The notes under the pieces are model-generated. The model had not been told where the DNA came from. It saw only the letters and a program-made list of their open reading frames with translations, and searched no databases. Source: Ruditapes philippinarum (lineage: Eukaryota). From it: a stretch of 64,000 bases of DNA. Both the position numbers and the translations under genes were made by a program. Positions 13,201-26,737 of this stretch are shown piece after piece. The stretch covers positions 62,001-126,000 of the forward strand of contig NW_026856982.1 in assembly GCF_026571515.1 (NCBI RefSeq). Reading direction: 5' to 3'. Position 1 is the first letter of the stretch. Each line of letters begins with the position of its first letter.

Positions 13201-13404
13201 GTGTCCACATCGTCGAGTATTTCAATTTTTAAACAGCTTATATTTATTTTCATACCACATTTATGTTTATGTTTATATTTTCAGTTTAACTTGGACTTGG
13301 ATCTTTATCTAACCAAGCCAGACATGACGTACAAGAAAGTAGTTCTCAGGGAACTTTTACCCATGGCTTTTACCCCTAAGAGTTTAGAAGAGGAAAGAAT
13401 TTAG
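7217..13404 (+). CDS. CDA: Cytidine deaminase (homotetrameric CDA type), copy 1, 142 aa
   Basis: Exons 7217..7235, 8047..8166, 8774..8885, 9755..9812 and 13285..13404 (429 nt, all GT-AG, phases match). Motifs [24 protein letters not shown] (Zn ligand and catalytic Glu), PCGVCRQ, ELLPMAF. Confidence 0.95.
8441..8770. repeat. ~17-bp AT-rich minisatellite (aattaatgaatatatgt) in CDA1 intron 2
   Basis: Roughly 19 degenerate units that run up to the exon-3 acceptor. Confidence 0.85.
9240..9412 (-). mobile_element. tRNA-derived SINE remnant
   Basis: The reverse complement has a tRNA-like head with B-box GGTTCGAGCCC, followed by GGTCACGACCATG...CCAGTACTGG...CCAGGAAGCGGACTC. Homologous copy at 39074-39238 (+). 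Confidence 0.65.
9561..9659 (+). mobile_element. SINE/LINE-type 3' tail fragment
   Basis: CCTCCACC...AAGCTGGAAAGTCGCCATATGACC...TGTTGGTGCGAC...A-rich end. An inverted homolog lies at ~62882-62986. Confidence 0.55.
9909..11998. mobile_element. ~2.1-kb non-autonomous foldback DNA transposon with ~570-bp TIRs, CAC...GTG ends and a 5-bp TSD (AATAT)
   Basis: 9909-~10480 is the reverse complement of ~11440-11998 at high identity. AATAT flanks both ends (9904-9908 and 11999-12003). No transposase ORF. Lies in CDA1 intron 4. Confidence 0.85.
10900..11425 (+). mobile_element. Fragment of a Helentron-type non-autonomous element nested in the foldback spacer
   Basis: Three degenerate ~150-bp units (ttttggac..tgaccttcaa..aggggtcaagg), then a GACG microsatellite (11375-11403) and the short hairpin ccccttcggg. 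Confidence 0.6.
12337..13079 (-). mobile_element. Helentron-type non-autonomous element (HINE-like) with an internal ~146-bp tandem array
   Basis: Head AACAAGAGCCGGTTGAACCGGGTGATG (reverse complement at 13050-13079), about 4 units, CCGT microsatellite and terminal hairpin ATGCTCCCCGAAAATTTCGGTGGAGCAT. The same head occurs at 34522. Confidence 0.75.
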
Positions 13405-13789
13405 AAAAATTAAACATTTACAAAGACAGACCGTCCAATAAGGAGTGCTAGGTGGTTAAATGATACATTAAAACGTGTTTTAATTTCTTTTATTATATAT
13501 GACACGTGATATATAATCGGGGATTTAGATGGGTGAAGAAAGAAATATAGGAGCTTACAACCCGTTGTTTTTCTCTCCTTGAACTTGTTTAATCTCTTGA
13601 ATTTAGAAAATAATAAAATATAAAAACATAGTTATTGATCCTACATCGACAGTGATTGCCGTTTAACAAAATACTGAAATGTTTGAACAAGCAAATCATG
13701 GTCAAAATTTGTACTTTTAAATGTTCTAAAATTGAACGTATCTAGGGCAGGTGTCTACTAGTGAGCTTTGCGGACGACCCTCATATAAA

Positions 13790-14030
13790 TATGAGCCGCG
13801 TCACGACAAAACCACCTTAATGGCTTTGCGACCAGCATGGATCCAGACCAGCCTGCGCATCTGCGCAGTCTGATCAGCATCCATGTTGTTCGCTTACCAA
13901 CCCTGTTACAAGTAGAGAAACTAATTAGCGAACAGCATGGATCCTGATCAGACTGCGCGTATGTGCAGGCTGGTCTGGATCCATGCTGGTCGCAAACCCA
14001 TTTTGTTGGTTTTGTCATGACGCGGCTCAT
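13790..14030. mobile_element. Palindromic MITE, ATGAGCCG family, copy 2 (complete)
   Basis: ATGAGCCGCGTCACGACAAAACC...GGTTTTGTCATGACGCGGCTCAT; ~105-bp arms around a short spacer. Confidence 0.85.
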
Positions 14031-16159
14031 ATAATTTGGAAGTACGTTAAAATATCAACTTGATTTGTGTTCATATATATGTATATACACAAAATTATAG
14101 AGGCTATTTAAGTTTATTTTTCTACGACTACATGACTTATTTTCAACAAGTGGTATGCAAATAAATTGTTTATGAGTGGCGGTAGCCACGAGTGAGGTAT
14201 GATAATTTTCATAACACAAGATGGAAATAAAACCTGGATTTTTAGGGAAAAAACTTTTTTGTTTATTGTGATTATATTTTTTTCATTTTTATGACATTAC
14301 AATTAGAAAGAGTTGTCCTTCAATTTTGTGTATTGGGAGAATATAATTAAGAGAAAGTAATCCAACAAGAAAGCAGTAAAAAGACCGTAAATATGTTTCA
14401 CTGCAGTGAAAAATGTTTTACAGTGAAAATACGGAAATGAACACACGCATTTTATTCAATATTTCATTTATAAGTACATAATAAATAATCTTCTATATGC
14501 ACATGTACAATGGTATGACATATGTCTATGTATATATCCATAACAAAATGTTTGATGTAACATTACTTTACATTAATGTACAATTTGATCCAATTAGTTG
14601 TTCTTAATTTCCTATGACCTACTCATATCTAAAATGATATGTATTAATAATGAATAATGCAATACATTCACAGGGGTGGTATTAAAGATGTAAAAACATA
14701 TCCTCGTAAAAAACGTTTCTTACTACAATCAATGAAATGATGAAACTTGTAATTTATATTCAATCAAATCTTTTTTTATGTTGCCATAACAATATCTCAT
14801 CTAACAAAAATAATAATAACAACAACAACAACAACAAAAAAACAGATAATAATAATTGCACTGCTCTTAATCCGAGACAGTCGGATATATTAAGTAGGTA
14901 TTAAAACGCATATTTAACCTCAAAATACCGTTCTAGTTTTGAGACAAGTTAACTTTCGGAATATAATAAACGCATTGATATTTGTATAAACCAAGTTAAC
15001 AATCTTAAAAATAAAAATCCAGTTAATTTGAAAGATACAAATTTACTGGTGTTGAAATATTTTTAAACAAAAAAGAACCGGTTTACACGGGCATTGTATG
15101 ATTATTTAATAATATAAAAAATGAACATATTTCAAAGGGACTCCGCCAGATCGGACTGGAAATGATTTTTCGAGATTAATTTTCGATTTGGTATCTGTCT
15201 CGACCATTAACTTGCGTAGAAAAAATCGCTCCCTCCGTTTTCCCAGAATAATGATTCTACTTGTGAAAGATGATCCCAAATTGAAAAAAAGTGTATATCA
15301 AATCGGTCCGAGAATAACACAAGCAAACGTATTTCAATGTATGTCTTAGTATATTTCTTAATTACCGTGTGCTTAGATCTATGTAAGACATTTAAATGTT
15401 CTCGGGCTTTTGCAAATGGACCTCATTGGAGTTCTTTTTAAACACGTACACAGAGGTGTAGCATGGCTTATTTGGCTATGAGGATGTTAGAAAGTCATTA
15501 TTTAATAATAAGAACGGCTGGAGTGGCTTCTCTTCCCCCAATGATGACGATGTTAGTTTCAGATACGCAAAGTGATGTTTAAGTTCAGAAAATACGAGTT
15601 TATTAATATACTAGTACATTTCTTGTTTAGACACTGTGAAATCGATGTCAAGACCACATGATGGATTTTCACATTTTACTTTGGAAAGATAATCTCATGT
15701 AAATTTGTTATTTAAAGCATGAATCGAACCAGTGATTTTAGTTTAAAGGCAGTTGCCTGAAACATTTTCAGTCAACCGCTCATCTTTAATCTTCTCTTTC
15801 AGTTGTCAGAGATCCTAAGGCTACACTTCTCTTCTTACAATAATTTCTTTTCGTTTGTACATGGGTGTTTTTTTTTGGGGGGGGGGGGCAGGGGGGGGGG
15901 GGCTTCAGTTTTTGTTTTCTCTATCTTATTAAGATTTACCCTTTACTCTTAACCCGTTTCACGTATAAATCTTAAAACACTGGTCTCGACTATATAACAA
16001 ACTTACGCCACTGCAGAGTGTACTCATCCCCTCAAAATCTGTCGTTTACAGATATAACAGCTACGCTACTGTATTGTTTACAGTTGCTCCACTTCACATG
16101 TATAAACCGCGTCAATAAGTAGCCTAAATCATTTACCATAGTACGTGAGAACTTAAGCA

Positions 16160-18695
16160 ATGGATGTTTCAACTCTAGGTATGTTGTAAATTAGTTATAA
16201 TATAATGAATTAAAATTGTATGCATGCACGTTTTATTTCAATTTAACTGTTGCTAGCTTTAATTGTAATGCAATTGTTGCACAATTATAGAAAAAAATGT
16301 ACGTTACACGATAAAGCTTAACTGCAATAATCGATCTCCGATAAGAGTTCCTTGTACCATATATTTTGCCTAAAACGTAGTCGTGGTTGTGTATAGAATG
16401 GCTGAATACTTTACAATGAATGAGAAACGTTTTGTTAAATACAAATTTAATGTTATGATGCAAGTGTACTTAGTTTAATTTCAATGTTTTTTGTTGTTAT
16501 TTTTTTTTGAAAGCACATTATCGACCTTAAATATACAAATATACGTTATACTTATAGATGGCAAGCTACAAGAACTGATTAAAGCTGCGGATAAAGTTAA
16601 AGAAAATGCTTATTGTCCGTACAGTAATTTCAGAGTTGGGGCCGCCGTGTTGTGTGCTGATGGGTCTATATATGCAGGTATACTTACTAGTATATAGAAA
16701 ATATTTAGAAAACAAAAAATATTATAATTTTCTACAATGTATATCCCTGGCAGATGTATTTTATAGTTTATGCATTTTTAATTTGATTGTTGTTAGATGT
16801 AATTGCTTGTTTATTTTTTTATTATGTAAAATGTAAACTTTCATTATCATGAATGTATTATCATGAAGATATATGTATATTTTGTATTCAAATAGACTGT
16901 AAAATGCTGTATCTCATTACAGTTAATGATTAATATTAAATTAAATGTGCAGATACATGTTCAAGTTTAGCAAGAATTCTTAATGGCCGATAATAAATTT
17001 AATGTTCATCACGTGCTATGTCAATCTGTGTATATTTCCACAAGCGCGAGTTACACTACCAAATAAACCAAGATAGTATGCATGATTCAATCGTTCATCC
17101 AGTTTAAAATGTAATTATATACATGTAATTTAATCTAGTTAATGCATATCACTGAAACCTTTCAGAAAAAAATGTACATGTGTAATTTGCTCTCCTAACA
17201 ATTATACGACAAATATGATATAAAGTCAAACCTTCACCAAAGGCCATCTTTTAATAACGGCCATACATAGAAGAACATGTAATGCAAGGCCAGCATTGAA
17301 AGATTCCACTTTGATCAGTTAAGAAAACTGCCTTTGGAAAATAAAGGACATTCTTATTAATGGATCCCTAAATCGGCCGTTGAAGACAGGGTTTTGTAAA
17401 CATGTCAAATTGTCAATATGATTTACAGGATGTAATGTAGAGAATGCATCTTATGGTGTCAGTGTGTGTGCGGAACGTAATGCAGTAATGAAAGCTGTAA
17501 CAGAAGGGAATAAATCATTCAAAGCATTGGCAGTGTGTTGGTAAGTTTACGACCGGCTACCTTTCTAGAACGACCATATACTTTTCTTTAGAACGACCAT
17601 ATTAACTTCTGTTCAAACGATCGTCTACATATCGAGAGTAACGTATTTTCTTCTAAAACGGTCATCTACATATCTATAACAAATTTGCATTCTTCCTTTA
17701 CACCATTAACCTTTCTAGAACAATCGTATTTCCTTCATAAACGACCATCTTAATATATAGCCTTCTATAACAAACGTATAACACTGATTGGTCGTTTAAC
17801 ATTCTAAAATGACGGCACTTTTGATAGAGCGACCTAATTTCATAATAAAACATTGTACTCTTTAAGAACGTCCATATTTTTTTTCAAAATGGCATACAAC
17901 CTTTCTTGAACGACCACACTGCATTGTAAAATGACCATTTTCTTTTGATATATTAATTTAAAAGTAGGTAAAGTTCGTCAATACAGACTTTTCGCCGTTG
18001 TTATACTTCTATTGATATCGTTCGATAAAATTTTCAATAAATTTCACATACATATTGTATAATATATAATCTTCAAATTAAACATTTACATATATTATTT
18101 TATAATTCAGTGACGTGAAGGGAGAATTTACAGGACCATGTGGTATATGTAGACAAGTGTTGTCAGAGGTAACTATATAATAAAATGCACTGACCAGTAA
18201 ATATGAATACATAAAACAATTGTGTCATTGTTAATAGACTTAGATTTACAACCGGAAATCCTAGTCTCAATGAATTGTGTACAAGTTTTATCTCCAAAGC
18301 TACAACTAAAGTAAATTTTCGCCATTTTATCAAAATTTATTACTTTTTCAACAACATGTATATTGTAAAAATATAAATCAAACTGTGATAAGATCCATAA
18401 ATACATTTTAAAAAGGGGATAAAATGTATGTTCCTCCATTTTCAAGTGTTCGGGAAGATAAAAACTCATTATATTTGAACAGAATTTACTCCCCTTTTGA
18501 TAAATTGATAAAATCGGTATAATTTTTTGTGTACATGTATACATAAATAACGCGCACGTGTTGTGAATATTTCAGTTCAACATGGACCTGGAGATTTATC
18601 TAACTAAACCAGACATGACGTACCAGAAAGTAATTTTCCGGGACCTATATCCATTATCGTTTACTCGACACAGTTTGGAGGAGGAGAAAATCTAG
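16160..18695 (+). CDS. CDA: Cytidine deaminase (homotetrameric CDA type), copy 2, 142 aa
   Basis: Exons 16160..16178, 16558..16677, 17429..17540, 18111..18168 and 18576..18695, the same lengths as copy 1. Motifs [34 protein letters not shown]. Confidence 0.95.
17560..17940. repeat. Degenerate short tandem repeat (ctttctagaacgaccat-like) in CDA2 intron 3
   Basis: Repeated variants of ttctagaacgacca about every 20-25 bp. Confidence 0.5.
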
Positions 18696-20036
18696 AAAAT
18701 ATATGTCTCATACTTGAGAATAAAGTGGTGCATCTATATCCATTGTGCAGCTATAGGAAGATTTGAAGAAAATAAAACTTTTACAAGTACAAACATTCGT
18801 CAAGTCATACATATATACATCTCTCAGGAACCTTATAGTTTTTGGTAAGCTTGGAGATAAGCCATTTTTGTCGTCAGTATATGTACATGCAGGCATACTT
18901 GCATATCCGTACAGTTAACGGTCCTATACTGTAGGTATTTTAACATTTGAAATCCCTTGAACTTTGAATGGACTATTCCAAATTCAAAGCAGGACGAATC
19001 CATTATACAAATTGAGCAGGTTAAAATTTATCAGCTGTCCGTACATGAGTCTGTCTACAGTGTTCTTATATACACTACAGAAGTACATTCCAGATATCAG
19101 TAGATGTACAAATCTAAATATAAATAACTTCTTCATATCATAGTAAGGACTGGCTACATGTATTGCATAGTTCCAGCACTTACAGACCACAGACACTTTG
19201 GGTGTGTAGCTCAAAATGCCTTTAAAAAAACCCAAAAAGTATATTTTTTTCAATTTGGCACATTACTTAATCAAAAATATATCATTAAAAAATTTTAAAA
19301 GAAAGGCCCCGAAATAAATTAAAAAAGGGCTTCGAAAAAATTTAAAATTTTTTTTAAAAAAAATTTTTTTTACTTTAATTTTAAAATATTTAATTTTTTT
19401 TGGGGTATCCCCGGGGTTGGGGTTTTACAAAAATACATTAAATTTTATAATTTTATATACATTTCATTTTTGGGTTTTTAAAAAAAGTTTTAAAGTTTTT
19501 TTCCCGCCCCCAACCAAAAGGTTTTTCCCGTGTTAAAGGGATTTTTCATTAAAGAAAAATAAAAAAATTCATTTGTTTTTTTTTTTTTCTTTTCCCTTTT
19601 TGTTTTTTCAGCAAATTTTTTTTGAATACTTTTAAGGCATTAAATTGGGATTAAAGAAAACATATCCCGAAGTAAAAAATAAAAAGGGGCTTTTTAAAAA
19701 AAATTTTTTTATTTTTGCATTTTTTTTTGTTTTTTTTTTAAAAAGCAGCCCCCTTTTTTAAAAATGCTTTGGTTTTTTTCCCCGGGAAACCCGTCCCCGA
19801 TATAAAAAAAGCTTTTTTTTTCAAACCCCCGCCCCCCCCTGCCTTGGGAATTTCATCCCCCCAAAATTTAAACGTGGAAAAAAGTCAAAAGTGGGGGGTG
19901 GGGAAAAGGGGGGGTCTTTTAAAAATTTCCCTTTAAATTAAAAAAAAATGCATACACCTGGAAAAAGGGGAAAACAACCTTTTAATTTTGTCTAAAAACA
20001 AAGGTTTAAAAATTTTCCGAAAATGGGATAAAAAAA

Positions 20037-20783
20037 AACAAGAGGGCCCTGAAAGGGGGCCTGAAATCGCTTTTCCCCCTTTTAAAATAGGCCCCGGGCC
20101 AAAGGGCCCAATTTTTTAAAACCCGGGCCCCTTTTTTTGAAAAAAAACTTGGGGAAAACACCCCCTTAGAAGATGTTTCATGCTAAATATCTTAGCTCTA
20201 GCTCTATGGGGGTTTATAAAAGAAGAGTGTTTAAGTTTTTACTATATACAAATATGGAAAATCAATGCCCCCTGGGGCAGGGCCAAATTCTTACCCCAGG
20301 GCTTTATTTGAACAAACTTGGTAGACACCCACTAGAAGATGTTTTCATCCTTAATATCTAAGCTCTAGCTAAAAGAAAGTTTTTTAAGTTTTATTATATA
20401 CAAATAAGGAAAATCAATAACCCTCCCCCCTGGGCGGTGCCAATTTTGACCCCAGGGCATTTATTTGAACAAACTTAGTAGACACTGACTAAGATGATGT
20501 TTCATGCCAAATATTTAAGCTCTAGCTCTAATGGTTTTCTGAAAGAAGATTATTTTAAGTTTTTTTTCTTTCGGTTGCCATGGTAACCAGAGGTCTGCTT
20601 TGAATTAAATTCTTTGAAAAAACATTTTAAAACAGTCTACCTAAGGAACATTCCTATGGAGTTTGGATGAAATTGGCAGTTTATTGATGAGATGTCGTTT
20701 TAAAGTAAAAGTTTACAAACGGACGCTGGACGGAAAAGCGATCAAAAAAGTTCACCATGTCACTTTGTGACAGGTGAGCTTAA
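20037..20783 (+). mobile_element. Helentron-type non-autonomous element with internal tandem units (5' part in low-quality sequence)
   Basis: Head AACAAGAGGGCC...GGCC; ~165-bp units (tttatttgaacaaacttggtagacacc...agctctagc); ACGGACG; terminal hairpin region AGTTCACCATGTCACTTTGTGACAGGTGAGCT. Confidence 0.65.
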
Positions 20784-23185
20784 TAACGATTTATTTAAAT
20801 TAATATGATAGTAGTGGAGAAACGTTCATTTTAAAAAAGGAACTCCACTGAGGTACAAAACATAAAATTGACAACCTTACAAGGCTCAAGTTAAAACATT
20901 TAAAATTGGAAAAATCTTTAAACGATTATAAAGAATAATACTTAGAATTAAATAGAAAATCGATTTTTTGTGCAATTCTTTAGCCGGATTTGAGTGAAAA
21001 GCTTTTCAATTTTGTGTCATTTTGGAAAATAAAAATTATTCTGGAAAAAAAGTGGGTTTAGGGGAAAAGACCCCGAAAATTTTGGGTTTAAAACGTTTAT
21101 AAGTTTTTAGTTTTATAAATTTTTTGGAAAAAATTTAAAATTTTCCCAAACCATTCATTTCGAAAAAATTTAAAATGGAAAATTGGGCCCTTTTAACCCC
21201 AGGCCCTATAATAATTTTTAATGGAAAAATATCAGTCAGAGCCTAAAAAGAGGGGTAATTTAAAAGAATTTCCCAAAATAGCCGCATGGGGTTTAAATCC
21301 CCCCATAGCAAAATTTAAATTTTTTTCCCTTTAGCCAAAAAAAACTTTTAAAAACTCATTCCCCTTTCTGGTTGGTTTTCCAAGGTTTGGGTTCCCAAAA
21401 ATTTCCCCCTTCCTTTAAAAACCCCAAATCAAACTAAAATAAATTTTGTATAAACCAAAAGAACTTAGATGACAAATTTAAATTTCATATACATGTATTT
21501 ATTTCAAATCATATCCATGTGCAACACTAATGTCTCAAAATGTGTTAAAAATATATCAGAAATTAAAACAGTAGAATGTATAAAATTTAACAAATTATTT
21601 AAACATTTTCTCTGTATCAAAATTGAATTTTATGCAAAATATGGGGTATTGTAACAAAAGAAAATCTTGCAAAAATAAATTGACCACTATTCTAATGCAA
21701 CGTGGTTAAAGAATGTAGCACTTTAATACAATGTATGTTAAGTAAATAGCAATTTTAATAGAATTTTTGTTATTAATAATTGACAAATTAAGTTAGATAA
21801 ACAACATTTTCTCTAGTAAATTTGTATTGTCACAGATAGCACTTTATATAGGAGGGCTATCCCAAAATATCGTAGACAATGTCTGTAACTCAATCAGTTA
21901 TAACACAATAAAATAATCCAGCTAAGGAAAAGTCAATACACAGTGTATGCTAAAAACAAAATAAATATAACAAAATTGTTCTCCTTTAATTCCTAATATA
22001 ATTACATGTATATAATTGTTGTAAATCTGTGTAACAAAATAAGATCTTTTAACTTGAATTTTTAATATAACTTTTTACATCACTAAATCTATATTGCATT
22101 TTAAATAAAAACAGACATCTTTAACACATAATTTATGTGATTACTTAAAACTTAATTCAATAGAGCAGCATCTTTAACAAATTTAAATTCCTTAATATCT
22201 AGGTCAGACTAACAACAGATTATATTCTATCCCAGTTAATATCAATCAAACTTCATGAAGATATAAAAACTTTTTTTTAACTTAAACTTAAATTTGAAAT
22301 TTCAATAAAACTTCATTGTTACTAAGACAACAATTACAATAATTACAATAATACAACTGCTTAAATTTAGTTTAGTTCTTGTATAAAATTTTACATCTGT
22401 AACAGTATCTTCATTAAACTCTGAATATTATTGTGACTGATAACAAAAAAAAAAATCATTTATGTAATAAAATGACTTTGGGTCAATTTCAACTATAAAC
22501 TTCTAAAACTAATATCTATTTATTCCTTAAAGGTCATTATTTGACTTGAAGGGAAGAGAACATCTTTAAATTCATTGTGCACCGGCTAACCCATTACATT
22601 GATAATAATTCCCCATTCTCACACCTAAGTCTGACAAAATAAGACTGGGATGTGTTATGGTTTGTCTTTTCTTCCCATTTATTAAGGCTTTTCATTTATA
22701 CACAACAAAAACAACTGAAAAGTTAATTAGGAAAGGAAAAACATTTTTTGGGGGTTGTACATATAAATTGTCTTATAATACAGATTTGACTGTACAAGTT
22801 TCCCAAACGTTATCAGACAAGTTGTGTACCTCTTATGCACCTGTGCATTATAAAATATACTATAACAAACCCTTGTTATCACAAACCGTGTTATAATTCC
22901 TTTCAATGAGCCACAACAGAGCTGTCATTTTCATGCCATTTTAGTCATTAGATTAAAATCATTCTGTCATTTTCAGTGACACGAAAACCCACCCTTTACA
23001 GATTCAGGACCCTTAGCACCCATCCACAAAATCCCAGCCGTTAAGGATTCAGGACCCCTAATACCCATCTAAATGCCAGCTCTCATCATTTTGACCTTGT
23101 GGAGAGAAATGCTCAAACACAAGCTACAAACATACCCAGGACCCCCCATATGGACCCCAAAGTCACTTTGTGTTTGTATTTATAG

Positions 23186-26100
23186 TTAGAGTCCAAATAT
23201 AGATGGGTCTTTAAGCTTGAGAGAGGACAAAACACGCTTCAAGTCATCGGTGTTCCATCGTGTAACAGACGTAGGTACAGCATGGTGACTGCTGCTTGCA
23301 ACACTGAAAATATATAAACATACATTTAACTGACACATTTGTACATTAAATATAAAACAGATAATTAATTTCCTTAAGAAAATTGCAACGTAATTGGCAA
23401 TTCCTGTAGAAGAATTCTTGAAGAGTAAAAAAAACTATATATTTGCTGCCTATAGTTTAATAAATTAGTGTTTGAATTTTTTAAAGATCATACCTGTATG
23501 AAAGAACAAGAGCTGTCCATAAGAGAACGCGCCCAACAATTCTCATCACTTGACAGTAGAAAAGGTGACATAACTCTATAAAATGGTAACTCAGAGTTAC
23601 GGAAACTGTGTCCATCATGTTAGATAAACACAAGCATAGAACAAGTTTGGGAAGTTTTTACCCATTCCCTTCAATAGTTTTGGAGATACCAATATGCACA
23701 CAAAAAAACCTAAACGGAAATGTGACACTAATGCCTGGGTGAGTACAAGAACTTTCCTTATGCTTCTAACAGTCAAAATTAAAGGTTTGTAAACTCCATA
23801 GACATAGAAGGGAATGACCCATCAGCAAAATCATTGCTAAATGGTTAACACCCAATTTAAAACATCAAAAGAACATTTTATTCTATTTACTTTCAAAATT
23901 CATGTGTGTTTAATAACAGAGACATTATATATTACAATTCATTTGAGAATTAAATTAACTGTTGAATCATAATGTTATGGAAACGACATGGTTTCACTGT
24001 TTACAAATTTTATAAAAATATTTCATTAGATATAGCTTTATACATTTTAAGGGTTAAATTTTAAGTTATATGTTCTCAAGTTAAAGTTGAAGAACCTGAG
24101 ATAAAATCATATACATGTATATACTTAAGTTACTAAAATCAGTGGGTTTTTTTTTCTCTATATTTTACAGCTGTATAATTTCCCCTAAAAATGTTATATT
24201 TTCCCCTAAAATGCCCTGTGACCATGATTCTTTACCAAAACCATGATTTAAAAGCAGCTGACTTATATCAACTAGTTGATCAATTTAATTGACTAAAAGA
24301 CAGAAATCTGTCTCTATAAAAAGCCTCTACCATGTACCATACATTTTCAATTCAACTGAAATTGAATATTTTGTAAAATGTGTGGGTCAACTTTATTCTC
24401 AGTAATTGGACTTTGATTTCAAGTTTTCCCCCTTTTCTGATTTATTGTTTTGTATTTTCCCCTTCAGAAAACCACAGGTTTTCTTGAAAATTAAAATAAA
24501 AATCAATGAAAATAGAGTCTAGTCACATAAAATTTAGCATGGATAGTATTACAGTTCTGGTTCTTACAATATTTGGTATGACAATAGCAGCTAAAATTCT
24601 ACACAAATCATGGTCATTCAGTATTCTCACATCACAGTGAGAGATAGGTGGTCCAGGCCTATTGTTCTCAGATTACCAAATAAATCATTACACTTACTCT
24701 ATGTTGATCGGGTCATTAAATGTGATCAGAATGTCTGTCGAGTATCGTCCAACACGAAGCAAGCCCATGTGTAGCTCCACTGTATTCTTCACTGCTTCGT
24801 TGAACTTGGCAATGTTTTGTTCGCCTATCACATACCAGCAACTGTCAGCCCTGAATAGTCAATAAAACATTTTACTGTATAAAACATATCAAAGTCATTA
24901 AAATTATATAGAGACATGTACCAACTTCTATCGTCTATTGGTCACACAGTTTTCAATTCCAATATAATATAAACTCTATCAAATTCCTGTTAATTCAGTG
25001 CATAAACATAAACTGTAGCATAATGGTTTTCCTCGACTGATATCATAATGCCAACAAGAACCTAAATGCACAGTTCCTGAAAAAAACAGTGCATGTGGAT
25101 ATAAAACTGAGCAAAAGGTCTTACTCTTCCATAGCAATATTGTCTTTCATCACTTGTTCTGTGTGAATAACTCTACTGTCATTCGCAGCACCATTTGCTG
25201 TGGCAAGGTCATCAAAATGTGTCCTGAAAATCAAAGGATTATAAATTTGTAACATTAAAACTGACTAGAATGTCAATGTTAGGCATTGTAACATGCTTCA
25301 TATTACCCCCCTATTAAACCAGCAGAGTACGTTATTCCAAAATATATGCACAGCAGAAAAAACAGAATGGTTACACATCATATGATGTCAGATATGCCGT
25401 TAATTAACCAAACAATGTTAGGAAAAATACTTCTACGCTCAATTTAGTTGAACATATTTTTATCAATGCTCTATCTTACTAGTATGTCAAAGTATAATAA
25501 TGTATGGTTAACGGTATTCGCTCCCAATGATTGAAATTAATCACTCAGGCCTATCAGCATTCATGACAATATTCCTACGCATTTGAATCCAAACTATAAA
25601 TTATTCTACAACAACACACTCACAAATTTATATCTCTTTCCTAATTAACAAAGAATTTCAGAATCTATTCAATGGTAACTATTCTACTCACCTGGGTCAC
25701 AAGAATAACAAACTGAAAGTAGGGCATTAACAAAGAAATTCTGAATCCAATTAACATGTACCTGTACGCCTATGTCACAAGTATAACAATGTAAACTTAC
25801 TTAATAGCAACTTCATCTGGTTCTTGTGAATCAACTGCTTCCATCAGCTCTATAATGATGCTCTGATCAGTTTGGGGATGTGCAAATACTTCCTGGTTGT
25901 CAGGGATCTGGCGTATAACACTGAAATTATCATAAGTTTATCATTTTAAACGGTGTAACGACTTCTACCATATTCAAACATTTTAACTTTTTCTTTTTAG
26001 CATTACAAAATTTTATTTTTCAATTTTTTTTTTTTTTCAGACCCATGGCTTGCTAACAGATTCTACCCACACTATTAAGTCTGATTAAGTACATATTTTG

Positions 26101-26499
26101 ATATTTTCCTTAAAAAAAAGTTGAATAGTTTTAGCTAGATTGAAAGATGGATAAGTGTTAGTCTTAAAATACCTCCTCAATCCAACATTAACTTTTAGAA
26201 GGCAATTGACCATAATCACTAAAATGCTTTGTGTCTGAAATAATGCATAATTCTGACACATTGCCAAAGTCAAGAACTGGTTTTAGCCTGTCAGATCTAC
26301 TACAACTTAAAAAAAATATAATTCTTGGCTAAATTTCAAAATCTAAATTACCATTGATTCTCTTATATAAATCATGCTTCATTACTATTAATAAAAGTAT
26401 TATTTCCATAAAAGGAATCATAAACACAGACCTTAGATCATCCCTGTTGTCTGGGAGAACAACACTAAAGGCGCCACCAAACAACAGCTGTTCAGACAT
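23186..26499 (-). CDS. RANGRF: Ran guanine nucleotide release factor (MOG1), 185 aa
   Basis: Minus-strand exons 26432..26499, 25801..25920, 25125..25223, 24698..24850 and 23186..23303 (558 nt). Motifs [64 protein letters not shown]. The ATG directly follows an acceptor, which implies an upstream non-coding exon. Confidence 0.95.
23505..23783 (+). mobile_element. Short degenerate Helentron-type element in a RANGRF intron
   Basis: Head AACAAGAGCTGTCCATAAGAG, similar to the head at 46913; degenerate tail gggtgagtacaagaactttcctta. Confidence 0.45.
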
Positions 26500-26737
26500 C
26501 TGAAAAACACAATTAAATTGACATTAATTCATTAAATAATAAATCATAAATTAAACGGTAATAAAGTTTGTAACAAAACAAAACAAACAAAATGACTCAT
26601 ATTGTAAAGGTCTCCTGCTAGCTTGATTATCTTAAAATCCTCTCAATATTTCTATTGTACCAAGTTTATTGCTTCAATCACCTATTAAGTACATAAAACA
26701 TGATAGATACACAGTTAATTGTTGTTCTTCTTCTCTT

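Noticed and set aside
13758-14030. ORFs in palindromic MITE copies (also 4830-5322 and 56215-56569)
   Set aside because: Chance frames within a multi-copy non-coding element.
14095-14500. Possible Crypton-like repeat fragments (also ~40545-40745)
   Set aside because: Only a vague resemblance (tagaggatatt..., cacgagtg); boundaries and family cannot be supported from the sequence alone.
7217-18695. CDA pair as AID/APOBEC-like or ADAT polynucleotide editors
   Set aside because: They have CAE rather than HAE, plus the PYSxFxVGA and NVENASY motifs of free-nucleoside cytidine deaminases.
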